Source: Methanomassiliicoccales archaeon (GTDB taxonomy: Archaea > Thermoplasmatota > Thermoplasmata > Methanomassiliicoccales > JAAEEP01). From it: DNA of 64,000 nt. Positions 35,995 through 44,132 of the stretch are shown piece after piece. The DNA is taken from positions 2,149-66,148 of the forward strand of contig JBKHFJ010000009.1 of assembly GCA_046540255.1 (NCBI GenBank), read 5' to 3'. Under the pieces are notes generated by a model, which did no database searches, had not been told where the DNA came from, and saw nothing but the letters and a program-made list of their open reading frames with translations. Both the position numbers and the translations under genes were made by a program. Each line of letters starts with the position of its first letter. Position 1 is the first letter of the stretch.

Positions 35995-36795
35995 ATGGCG
36001 GTGATCACCGAGAGGGACTTCGATTGGCTTCCCACCGAGAGGTCCTGCGATTGCCCACCGGGAAGGTTGAACTGCCTCTCAAGGGAGGAGACCTACGAAC
36101 TGGGCTCCACCGTGCTGAACGTGCAGAAGAGGCAGGTGTGGAAGGATTCCCACCCGGCCAGGTTCATCCCCGAGCTTCCCAGGAAGTACATCAGTTTGTT
36201 TTCCCATCGGGGTGAGACGGTACTGGACCCCTTCTGCGGCTCGGGGACCACTAACTTGGTGGCCGGCGAGCTGGGTAGGAACAGTGTGGGTATCGACGTC
36301 AACCCCTACTCCACCAACATGGCTGTGAGCAGGCTCCGGGAGTCCGGTCAGGGCGATCCCAACAGGCACCTGGTCCTCACCGGGGACTGCCGGGAGATCA
36401 TGTGGGAGATGCCCCCCGGGGGAACGGATCTGGTGGTCACCTCCCCGCCGTACTTCGATGTGGTGGACTACCGGCACGAGCATCCCGATCAGATGGGCAA
36501 CCTGCACGACTACCAGGAGTTCCTGGACGCGATGAGGGAAGCCCTCGAGGGGATGATCCACGCCGTGAAGGAGGGCGGATACCTGGTGGTCAATACCCAG
36601 GACCTCTTCAAGAAGAACGCCAAGTGTCCCATCCACTCGGACTACATCCAGATGGGAAGAGAGGTGGGTCTGGAGCTGATCAACGTCAACGTCTACATCC
36701 TCAACTACAGCACCGGGGGCAGGCTGGTCTTCGGCTACCCCAGGTCCTACTACCCCAAGAACGACCACGAGTACATACTGATCTTTCGGAAGTGA
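35995..36795 (+). CDS. Orphan N4/N6-type DNA methyltransferase with motif I before the SPPY catalytic motif
   Basis: HPARFIPELPRKYISLFS, VLDPFCGSGTT (AdoMet motif I), then DLVVTSPPYFDVVDY (motif IV, SPPY). No restriction endonuclease-like neighbour. Confidence 0.75.
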   Translation: MAVITERDFDWLPTERSCDCPPGRLNCLSREETYELGSTVLNVQKRQVWKDSHPARFIPELPRKYISLFSHRGETVLDPFCGSGTTNLVAGELGRNSVGIDVNPYSTNMAVSRLRESGQGDPNRHLVLTGDCREIMWEMPPGGTDLVVTSPPYFDVVDYRHEHPDQMGNLHDYQEFLDAMREALEGMIHAVKEGGYLVVNTQDLFKKNAKCPIHSDYIQMGREVGLELINVNVYILNYSTGGRLVFGYPRSYYPKNDHEYILIFRK

Positions 36796-36829
36796 AACTT
36801 AATTACCGCCCTACTCCAATATTCAGGGG

Positions 36830-37807
36830 GTGATCCGCAAGATACTGTACTTCCTGGCGATGCTGGGCGGGGCGGCTCTGCTCTTCCTGCTGGACGAGGC
36901 CTATCCCACGGACTACCTCGAAGGGGGATACCTGACTCTGCTCGCCCTCGCCGCCGTCTACCTGGCCCTGATGATACTGATCGAGGAGACCGTCTCCCGG
37001 CGGATCACCGACGCAAGGACCAGGTACTCCCTGCGGAAGACGGTGTACATACTCTTCTTATCCGCCACCTTCATCATCCTCATCCGGGTGTGGGTGGAGG
37101 ACAGCGAGGCCCTGTTGGTCTCCTACGGCCTGGTGGGCGCGGGGGTGGCCATAGCCCTGCAGGACATGTTTAAGAACTTCGCCGGCGGTGTGATGCTCTT
37201 CACCTCCGGCATCTACCGGGTGGGGGACCGGATCGAGGCCAAAGGGACCAAGGGTGACGTGGTGGACATAGGGATCCTGTACACCACCCTACTGGAGATA
37301 CAGGCATGGGTGGACGGGGACCAGCCCACGGGGAGGCTGGTCACGGTGCCCAACGGACTGGTGATTGGCTCCCTCGTCTGGAACTACACCAGGGATCATG
37401 GATACCTGTGGGACGAACTTGTGCTGCCACTCTCCTATCACAGCGACCTCCAAGAGGCCTTCCGAAGGTTCTGGGGGATACTGATCGAGGAGACCTCGGA
37501 GTACACCAGGGGGGCGGGGCGGGATCTCGAGACGATGGGGGAGAAGTACTACGTCCCGGATCAGGACCTGGAACCGACCGTCTTCATCACCCCCAACGAC
37601 AATTGGGTGGACGTCTCCCTCAGGTACGTCACCCCGGCGAAGGAGAGGAGGTTCCTGAGGGAGAGGATACTCCGGGGGATAATGGAGGAGGTGGAGGGCA
37701 ACGACCTGCTGGAATGGGGCTCCTCCACCATGGAGATCACCCGTTTCCCTGGAAGGGTGGACCCGGATCAGGGGGATATGCATGGGCAGACTTCGCGTGA
37801 TCAATGA
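36830..37807 (+). CDS. Small-conductance mechanosensitive channel (MscS family)
   Basis: GLVGAGVAIALQDMFKNFAGGVMLFTSGIYRVGDRIE..GTKGDVVDIGILYTTL. GTG start after CAGGGGG. Confidence 0.85.
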   Translation: MIRKILYFLAMLGGAALLFLLDEAYPTDYLEGGYLTLLALAAVYLALMILIEETVSRRITDARTRYSLRKTVYILFLSATFIILIRVWVEDSEALLVSYGLVGAGVAIALQDMFKNFAGGVMLFTSGIYRVGDRIEAKGTKGDVVDIGILYTTLLEIQAWVDGDQPTGRLVTVPNGLVIGSLVWNYTRDHGYLWDELVLPLSYHSDLQEAFRRFWGILIEETSEYTRGAGRDLETMGEKYYVPDQDLEPTVFITPNDNWVDVSLRYVTPAKERRFLRERILRGIMEEVEGNDLLEWGSSTMEITRFPGRVDPDQGDMHGQTSRDQ

Positions 37808-39110
37808 GGGTGATGAGGGGCAGGGACCGGTGGTCTACTGGATGAGCCGCGATCAGCGTACCGCGGACAACTGGGCCCTGGTCCTTGCCCAGGAGGCGGC
37901 GGAAAAGAGGGGCCTCCCTCTGAGGGTAGCGTTCACCCTGGTCCCCGAATTCTTGGAGGCGACGGCCCGACAGTATCGGTTCATGATCGATGGGTTGAGG
38001 GAGGTGGAGGAGTCCCTCCGGGGAAAGGGCATCGGATTCGACCTGCTGATCGGTGATCCTGGGAAGAGCATGCCTGACTATATCGGAGAAGAGGACCCCG
38101 CCCTGCTGATGACGGACTTCGATCCCCTGACGATCAAGAGGCGATGGAGGGAGAAGGTGGCCAAGGAGGTCGATGTGCCCATCATGGAGGTGGACGCCCA
38201 CAACGTGGTCCCGTGCTGGGAGTCCTCCGATAAGAGGGAGTACGCCGCCCACACCATCCGGCCGAAGATCAACTCCAAGCTGGACAGCTACCTGAAGGAG
38301 ATCCCACCTCTCAGGGCCCCCTCCAAGGAAGCGGAAGAGGCCGACAACCGGTGGGAGGAGGCCCTCGCGTCGCTGGAGGTTGAGGACATGGGCGATTCCC
38401 CCATGGCCCCCGGAGAGGCAGAGGCCAGCGGGAGACTGGAGAGTTTTCTGAAAGAGGGACTGAAATCGTATATTGAGGACCGGAACGATCCCAATAGGGA
38501 GGGACAGTCCGGCCTTTCCCCCTATCTGCACTTCGGTCATATCTCTGCCCAGAGGGTAGCCCTGAGGGTCAGGGACAGTCAAGCACCCTCCGAGGCCAGG
38601 GAGGCCTTCCTGGAGGAGCTGGTGGTGAGGAGGGAGCTCTCCGACAACTTCTGCTTCTACGAGCCTGGATATGACAGTGTGGACGCTTTCCCGGACTGGT
38701 CCAAGAAGACATTGGACGAGCACAGGGGGGATGCAAGGGAGTATCTGTACTCCAGTGAGGAGCTGGAGAATGGCCGGACCCACGATCCGCTCTGGAACGC
38801 CGCCCAGATGCAGATGGTAAAGGTCGGGAAGATGCACGGTTACATGCGCATGTACTGGGGCAAGAAGATACTCGAGTGGACCGAGTCGCCCGAGAGGGCC
38901 ATGGAGGAGGCGGTCTATCTGAACGACCGGTATGAGATGGATGGGAGGGACCCGAACGGGTACGCCGGCATTGCCTGGAGCATTGGTGGGGTGCATGACA
39001 GGGCCTGGAAGGAGAGGGAGGTCACGGGGAAGATCAGGTACATGAGCTTCAACGGGGCCAAGCGCAAGTTCGACGTCCAGCGCTTTGTGGAGAGGTGGGC
39101 GGACCCCTAG
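37782..39110 (+). CDS. phr: Deoxyribodipyrimidine photolyase, class II
   Basis: GPVVYWMSRDQRTADNWAL, SGLSPYLHFGHISAQRVAL, EELVVRRELSDNFCFY, GKMHGYMRMYWGKKILEW, RDPNGYAGIAWSIGGVHDRAW. Confidence 0.9.
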   Translation: MGRLRVINEGDEGQGPVVYWMSRDQRTADNWALVLAQEAAEKRGLPLRVAFTLVPEFLEATARQYRFMIDGLREVEESLRGKGIGFDLLIGDPGKSMPDYIGEEDPALLMTDFDPLTIKRRWREKVAKEVDVPIMEVDAHNVVPCWESSDKREYAAHTIRPKINSKLDSYLKEIPPLRAPSKEAEEADNRWEEALASLEVEDMGDSPMAPGEAEASGRLESFLKEGLKSYIEDRNDPNREGQSGLSPYLHFGHISAQRVALRVRDSQAPSEAREAFLEELVVRRELSDNFCFYEPGYDSVDAFPDWSKKTLDEHRGDAREYLYSSEELENGRTHDPLWNAAQMQMVKVGKMHGYMRMYWGKKILEWTESPERAMEEAVYLNDRYEMDGRDPNGYAGIAWSIGGVHDRAWKEREVTGKIRYMSFNGAKRKFDVQRFVERWADP

Positions 39111-39146
39111 GTTCGGTCACCCCATCGATAGGGGTATTCTCTCTCT

Positions 39147-39851
39147 ATGAATAGGTCCAGTGGATCGCTCTTGAAATGGTGCACCCACATCCAGATCGCG
39201 AGAGGTATTGCTAGGGCTTTTGATATGGAGCTATGGGAAGAGGAATCTCTGGTGAGGGGATCCGTTGATCCGGACCGTATCCCGGACATTTGGGAGGGAT
39301 CCAAGGTCTCACACCACGGGGCTAGGCCCGACTTCATCATGGGACTGATGTGGGCCTCGAAGGTTGAGATAATCAGGGGAGACAGATGGGGAGGGATCTA
39401 CAAGCTGGGACGGGCCCTGCACTACCTGCAGGACAGGGAGGTCCCTCCACATGGTCGCTCACACCGCCGCACTGAGGAGAGGATGGCCTCCCACCCTCCT
39501 TCCCTGGAAGCCATTCGGCGTGGGTTGAGGAAGGGAAGGCCCGAGCTCGGGGCCGTCGAACGGACTTTGAGGGGGAAGCGACCCTCAGGCGGGCCGGGCA
39601 AGGCGGTGTATAGGGTGGCCATGCGCTCGGCCGCGGTGGCCACCGCGGTCCTCTGGTCCCCGGATCGATCGCCCCCGTGGTCCAGACGGTGGGCGTTCTC
39701 CCCTCTCATCTTCCCTGGTCTTGCACTCGGCCTGCGGCTCATGGATGCCGTTCCTCCGATTTGGGCGGCGATGGTCGGTGCTGGCATGGTCATCCCCCTC
39801 CTGGGACTCCTCCGCTGTCGGGGGCGAACGGCTCGATGGTTCGGTCTATGA
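39147..39851 (+). CDS. Hypothetical protein; the N-terminal His/Asp pattern hints at a zinc-dependent phospholipase C-like fold, with a C-terminal hydrophobic region
   Basis: WCTHIQIARGIA...DPDRIPD...HH...ALHYLQDREVPPH. The C-terminus has two hydrophobic segments. The functional call is weak. Confidence 0.4.
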   Translation: MNRSSGSLLKWCTHIQIARGIARAFDMELWEEESLVRGSVDPDRIPDIWEGSKVSHHGARPDFIMGLMWASKVEIIRGDRWGGIYKLGRALHYLQDREVPPHGRSHRRTEERMASHPPSLEAIRRGLRKGRPELGAVERTLRGKRPSGGPGKAVYRVAMRSAAVATAVLWSPDRSPPWSRRWAFSPLIFPGLALGLRLMDAVPPIWAAMVGAGMVIPLLGLLRCRGRTARWFGL

Positions 39852-39899
39852 TTCGGAAAGGTTAAGTATCCCTCCCGAAGTCCAGCCGATTGACCGAGG

Positions 39900-40862
39900 A
39901 TGTCCATGGAAGGCTCTGGCGAGATGTCCCGTGGAAGGTTCGCGATGGAGGTGCTCAGGGTGAGCTACACCCTCCCCTTCGTCCTCGCCTCGGTGACAGG
40001 GGTGGCCTTCGCACTTACCGTGGAGGCGGACTACCTGCTGGCACTGCTCATACCCCTGGACGTCTTCTTCCTGGCGGTGTTCGTGAACTTCTCCAACGAC
40101 TACTTCGACCACAGGAGGGGGGTGGACAGGATCCGTTTCAAGATGGATCGGGAGTTCGAGGAGGGTATGAAGGAGATCCTCCCGGAGAGCTTCTACTGGA
40201 GCGGCAACTCGTTCGACTCGGGCATCATCGATGAGGCGCAGGGAAAGTGGATCATGGCGCTCATCGCCGCCGCGGCGGTTCTGGTGGCCATCCCCATCAT
40301 CCATTTGGGGGGCTGGCTGGTGGTCCTGCTGGGGGCCATCGGGTTCTTCCTCAGCTACTTCTACACAGCTCCACCCCTCAGCCTGGGGTCCAGGGGATTG
40401 GGTGAGCTGGACGTGGGGATCTCCTTCACCTTCATGTCCTTCTTCTCCTACTTCGTCATCGTCCGGGAGTTCGCACTGGAGCCGTTGCTCGTCGCTCTTA
40501 CCGTTGGGTTGACCATGGCCACGGTGAGGATCGTAGACCAGATGACCGGTTACGAGGCCCACCTGGCCACGGGGGAGAAGGACCTGAGTGTGATCCTGGG
40601 GATCGATTCAGCGGCCAAGGTGGTCTCGTTCCTGCTGCCGGCCAATTACCTGCTCTCGGCACTCCTGGCCCTGTACCATCCCGCCTACCTCCTGCTCTTC
40701 CTGACCCTTCCTGCGGCGATCAAGACGATCAGGTTCCTGGGAGACCGGGAGGACCGGTTCCGGGTGCTCCGTCCGGTTCCCGAGATCTTCAAGGTGGCGG
40801 TGGGGAATCAGTTGCTCATCGTTCTTTCGTTGACAGTGCAAACCTTCTGGACATTTGGTTGA
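39900..40862 (+). CDS. UbiA-superfamily prenyltransferase, MenA-like
   Basis: FVNFSNDYFDHRRGVD (NDxxDxxxD), YTAPPLSLGSRGLGEL, TGEKDLSVILG, about 8 TM helices. There is an insertion after the first Asp-rich motif. Confidence 0.75.
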   Translation: MSMEGSGEMSRGRFAMEVLRVSYTLPFVLASVTGVAFALTVEADYLLALLIPLDVFFLAVFVNFSNDYFDHRRGVDRIRFKMDREFEEGMKEILPESFYWSGNSFDSGIIDEAQGKWIMALIAAAAVLVAIPIIHLGGWLVVLLGAIGFFLSYFYTAPPLSLGSRGLGELDVGISFTFMSFFSYFVIVREFALEPLLVALTVGLTMATVRIVDQMTGYEAHLATGEKDLSVILGIDSAAKVVSFLLPANYLLSALLALYHPAYLLLFLTLPAAIKTIRFLGDREDRFRVLRPVPEIFKVAVGNQLLIVLSLTVQTFWTFG

Positions 40863-41748
40863 TCGTCCGGAAGCTCCCCTTGGTGATCAGGCGGTACTCC
40901 CTGACCGCGTTGAAGCCGCACTCCTTGCAGGACTCGGTGTGCACCATGGGACAACCGTATACCTGGGTGCCGTCGGGCATCACGAAGGCGGAGACCCAGA
41001 ACGGGCACCTTTCCTCGTAATCCTCGATGAGCATCTCCCTGAGGGCCTTCTCCGTGTTGAGAACTGGTAACCCTTCTCCCCTCATCTTGAGGGCGAGGTC
41101 CACCACCCGCTCCTTCTCCTCGGTATCGAGTGCGATGTCGTGGGGGGGAGGGGTGAGGAAGTTGATCATGATCCCCCTGATATGCTTCTCGAAGCTCACC
41201 AGCTCCACCGTCTCCCTCACGTTGTCCAGATTGGTCTTGGTGACCACCATGTTGGCGAACACGTTCGGATGATCGATCTCTTCCAGATTATCCAGCATGC
41301 TGTCGAATGTCCCCGGAGCCCTGATGCGGTCGTGCACATCCTTGGGGCCGTCCAGGGAGACCGAGATGACGTCCGCCTCCTCGAACAGGGGGTCGGTCCC
41401 GTTAGTGGTGTAGCCGATGACGAAGTAGCCGATCTCCCTCCCCGCCCGGATGAGGTCGGAGAGGTCCCTATCCCCGTCCCTCCAAATGGTGGGCTCACCC
41501 CCCTCGAAGAACAGTATGCGGGCCCCCTTGTCGTAGAACGAGCGCATCTCCCTCACCGCCTCCTCGTAACCGATGGAGTGGGGTGGGGGGACCCCCTCCA
41601 GATTCTCGCGGATCTGGCAATGTTCGCAGTCCAGATTGCACCCGTAGGTGATGACCATGGTGAGCACCAAGGGTCTCTTCATCCCCAGCTTGCTCTTCAT
41701 GAACCAGCCCGCGTAGTACGCCATCTGACCTAGGGTGAAGAGGGCCAT
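40816..41748 (-). CDS. Radical SAM protein with a C-terminal Cys-rich (SPASM-like) region
   Basis: VITYGCNLDCEHCQI (CX3CX2C), FFEGGEPT, and C-terminal CPFW...GCPMVHTESCKECGF. A TATA lies about 28 nt upstream. Confidence 0.8.
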   Translation of the reverse strand: MALFTLGQMAYYAGWFMKSKLGMKRPLVLTMVITYGCNLDCEHCQIRENLEGVPPPHSIGYEEAVREMRSFYDKGARILFFEGGEPTIWRDGDRDLSDLIRAGREIGYFVIGYTTNGTDPLFEEADVISVSLDGPKDVHDRIRAPGTFDSMLDNLEEIDHPNVFANMVVTKTNLDNVRETVELVSFEKHIRGIMINFLTPPPHDIALDTEEKERVVDLALKMRGEGLPVLNTEKALREMLIEDYEERCPFWVSAFVMPDGTQVYGCPMVHTESCKECGFNAVREYRLITKGSFRTINQMSRRFALSTKER

Positions 41749-41852
41749 CGGATTCGCAACAACCCTTCCCTTATTTAAATAGAATCCCGAGATGAACGGT
41801 CACGGGCCCCTGGGCACAATATAGATATCACAGTTCCCTTGTAGTCCATATA

Positions 41853-42374
41853 ATGGACTCCGATCACGGGATCGAGGTGGTGGAGCACGATCCCCACTGG
41901 AAGGACCTCTTCCACTCCGAGTGGCTGGAGTTGGAGAGGGCGATGGGGGATATCGTTCTTTCAATAGAGCACATCGGCAGCACGGCCGTCCCAGGTCTGG
42001 CGGCGAAGCCAGTGGTGGATATAATGGCCTGCGTCGGTCGTCAGAGGGATCCGGATGACTACTTGGAAAGGCTATCCGACCTCGGCTACCGCTACGTCGA
42101 GCAGGAGGACGAGCCCGACAGGATATTCTTCGTCAAGGGCAGTCCGCGGACGCACCACCTGCACCTGGTGGTCCATGGCAGTGCGACCTACCGGGAGCAC
42201 CTGCTCTTCAGGGACCATCTCATGGAGAACGAGGAGGCCCTGCGGGAGCACGCCTCCCTGAAAAGGGAGCTCGCCTCCAGGTTCAGGCACGACAGGGAAT
42301 CATATTCCAGGGGGAAGAGGGAGTTCATCGAACGGATGGTTGCCCTGGCCAGTTCTACCCGGGAGAGATTCTGA
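41853..42374 (+). CDS. GrpB family protein
   Basis: VEHDPHWKDLF...IEHIGSTAVPGLAAKPVVDIM...RTHHLHLV. Confidence 0.85.
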   Translation: MDSDHGIEVVEHDPHWKDLFHSEWLELERAMGDIVLSIEHIGSTAVPGLAAKPVVDIMACVGRQRDPDDYLERLSDLGYRYVEQEDEPDRIFFVKGSPRTHHLHLVVHGSATYREHLLFRDHLMENEEALREHASLKRELASRFRHDRESYSRGKREFIERMVALASSTRERF

Positions 42375-42466
42375 AGGTACCCATCCATTATCCAGTTGGC
42401 CAGAGCATCCAACCCCCGCTACCTTTATATGGGTTTCCATGCGTAATATCGCTCGGAGGTGACCGA

Positions 42467-42661
42467 TTGAAGTGCATGCCGGCCTATGCGAAACTGGAAC
42501 CCGATGCCGTCAGCAAGGTCATGGATACCGAGAAGGACCTTGGTGTGGTGCTGATAGCCTACGAGAAGCCCCTGGACTACACCGTGCTCTCCGGTGAGGA
42601 TCTGGAAAGGATCCAAGAGCTGGAGAAGGATCTGGGCGTCAAGCTAGTTGCCTACGATTGA
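42467..42661 (+). CDS. Small hypothetical protein with an internal repeat
   Basis: EKDLGVVLIAYEKP and EKDLGVKLVAYD recur within 64 aa. Start is TTG 42467 or ATG 42476. Confidence 0.45.
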   Translation: MKCMPAYAKLEPDAVSKVMDTEKDLGVVLIAYEKPLDYTVLSGEDLERIQELEKDLGVKLVAYD

Positions 42662-42731
42662 GACGATATTACCGTCTCGGAAATCTCTAAATTTTTTATA
42701 AAAAAAGAGGGGAGGGAAACCTCCCCTTTTC
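42661..42731. terminator. Bidirectional terminator region between convergent genes
   Basis: Hairpin 1: GAGACG (42661-66) pairs with CGTCTC (42674-79). T6 at 42693-98 and A7 at 42701-07. Hairpin 2: AGGGGAGG (42709-16), GAAA loop, CCTCCCCT (42721-28), followed by TTT (42729-31). Confidence 0.6.
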
Positions 42732-42743
42732 GCGGGAAAGTGC

Positions 42744-43433
42744 TCAGACCTTCTTGTGGCAGAACCACCAGTCGTAGCACTCGATCTCGCCCTTCTTCTT
42801 GGACTCCTCCCGCTTCTTGATCTCCTCCACGGAACTTGCCGGGGGGACTATGACGTCCATTCCCACGATCTCGTTCTCCGGCCAACCCTCGGGTGCCGCT
42901 ACCCCGTACTTGTCCACGGCCTGAAGGGCCTTCACCGCCCTTAGCACCTCGTCGACCTTCCTCCCCACCTCCTGTGGGTAGTAGATCATGATCCTGATCT
43001 TGCCCTTGTCGTCCACTATGAACACCGCCCTGACGGTGTTGGTCCCCTTGGCGGGCGAGATCATGCCGAGTTTCTCGGCCACCCCTCCCATGTCATCCGC
43101 GATGATCGGGAAGGAGATCTCCACATCCAGGTTATCCCTGATCCACTCGTGCCACTTGAGATGGGAGAACACCTGGTCGATGGACATCCCTATCAGCTCG
43201 CAGTTCAGCTCCCTGAACTGCTCGTGCCTATTGGTGAAGGCCACGAATTCGGTGGTGCACACTGGTGTGAAATCGGCAGGGTGGCTGAACAGCACGAACC
43301 ACTTGCCCTTGAACGCGTCCGGAAGCTTCATCGGTCCGTGGGTGGTCTTGACTTCGAGCTCGGGGAAGTCCTCACCCAGGAGAGGAATTCCGGGTCCCTT
43401 TTCTTCATCGCTCATATAATATCCCTTGTTCAT
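42744..43433 (-). CDS. Peroxiredoxin (1-Cys/Prx6-like archaeal type)
   Basis: [13 protein letters not shown]...[26 protein letters not shown] (TTTAAATAAT on minus) lies about 25 nt upstream of 43433. Confidence 0.9.
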   Translation of the reverse strand: MNKGYYMSDEEKGPGIPLLGEDFPELEVKTTHGPMKLPDAFKGKWFVLFSHPADFTPVCTTEFVAFTNRHEQFRELNCELIGMSIDQVFSHLKWHEWIRDNLDVEISFPIIADDMGGVAEKLGMISPAKGTNTVRAVFIVDDKGKIRIMIYYPQEVGRKVDEVLRAVKALQAVDKYGVAAPEGWPENEIVGMDVIVPPASSVEEIKKREESKKKGEIECYDWWFCHKKV

Positions 43434-43537
43434 TTTTTACTTGAGCAGGTATTATTTAAAAGCTGTCAACCAACGCTACACAGCCCTCCGAAATCATGGA
43501 GGGTCCGTGCCGCGGTATACAAATAAATAATCGGTCG

Positions 43538-43547
43538 TTCAATTGAA
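43538..43547. promoter_or_regulatory. Perfect 10-bp palindrome TTCAATTGAA between a TATA-like box and the ferritin start (candidate metalloregulator operator)
   Basis: Read directly. AAATAAATAA (about 43521-43530) lies upstream and ATG 43593 downstream. A second hairpin, CCCTCC (43484-89) pairing with GGAGGG (43498-503), is nearby. Confidence 0.35.
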
Positions 43548-43592
43548 GTTGACGCATCAATACGGTGACGAGATCATTACTGAGGTGATAGC

Positions 43593-44120
43593 ATGAACGA
43601 GAGGATAGAGGAAGCGTTCAACGAGCAGATGAACGCCGAGATGTACTCGGCCTATCTGTACCTGTCCATGAATGCCTACTTCCACTCCCAGGACCTTCCA
43701 GGGATGGCGAACTGGATGCGTGTACAGGCCCAGGAGGAGATGACGCACGCCATGAAGTTCTACGATTACATCGTGGAGAAGGACGGCAGGCCCGCGCTTA
43801 AGGAGATCGAGGCCCCTCCGAGGGAATGGGACTCCCCGCTGGCCGTGTTCCAACATCAGCTGGAGCACGAGCAGAAGGTGACCGCCATGATCAACAACCT
43901 GGTGGACATTGCCATAGAGGAGAAGGATCACGCCACCAACAACTTCCTGCAGTGGTTCGTGGCCGAGCAGGTGGAGGAGGAGTCCAACGCCAGGGACCTG
44001 GTCACCAAGGCCAAAAGGGTGGGCGACGGTTACGGCGTGTACATGCTGGACAAGGAACTGGCGGCCAGGCCACCGAAGCTGGTGATGGCCGCCCCGGCCG
44101 GGGACCCCTCCGAGGAGTGA
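43593..44120 (+). CDS. ftn: Ferritin (non-heme, Ftn-like)
   Basis: [21 protein letters not shown]...[16 protein letters not shown]...EHEQKVT...[13 protein letters not shown] (ferroxidase-centre residues). Confidence 0.92.
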   Translation: MNERIEEAFNEQMNAEMYSAYLYLSMNAYFHSQDLPGMANWMRVQAQEEMTHAMKFYDYIVEKDGRPALKEIEAPPREWDSPLAVFQHQLEHEQKVTAMINNLVDIAIEEKDHATNNFLQWFVAEQVEEESNARDLVTKAKRVGDGYGVYMLDKELAARPPKLVMAAPAGDPSEE

Positions 44121-44132
44121 TCCCTCCCGGTC

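Noticed and set aside
37782-37807. The 26-nt overlap of the mscS 3' end with the photolyase start, considered as a frameshifted fusion.
   Set aside because: The two genes are in different frames. Each has its own plausible start and stop and a complete domain set. Short overlaps are common in this window.
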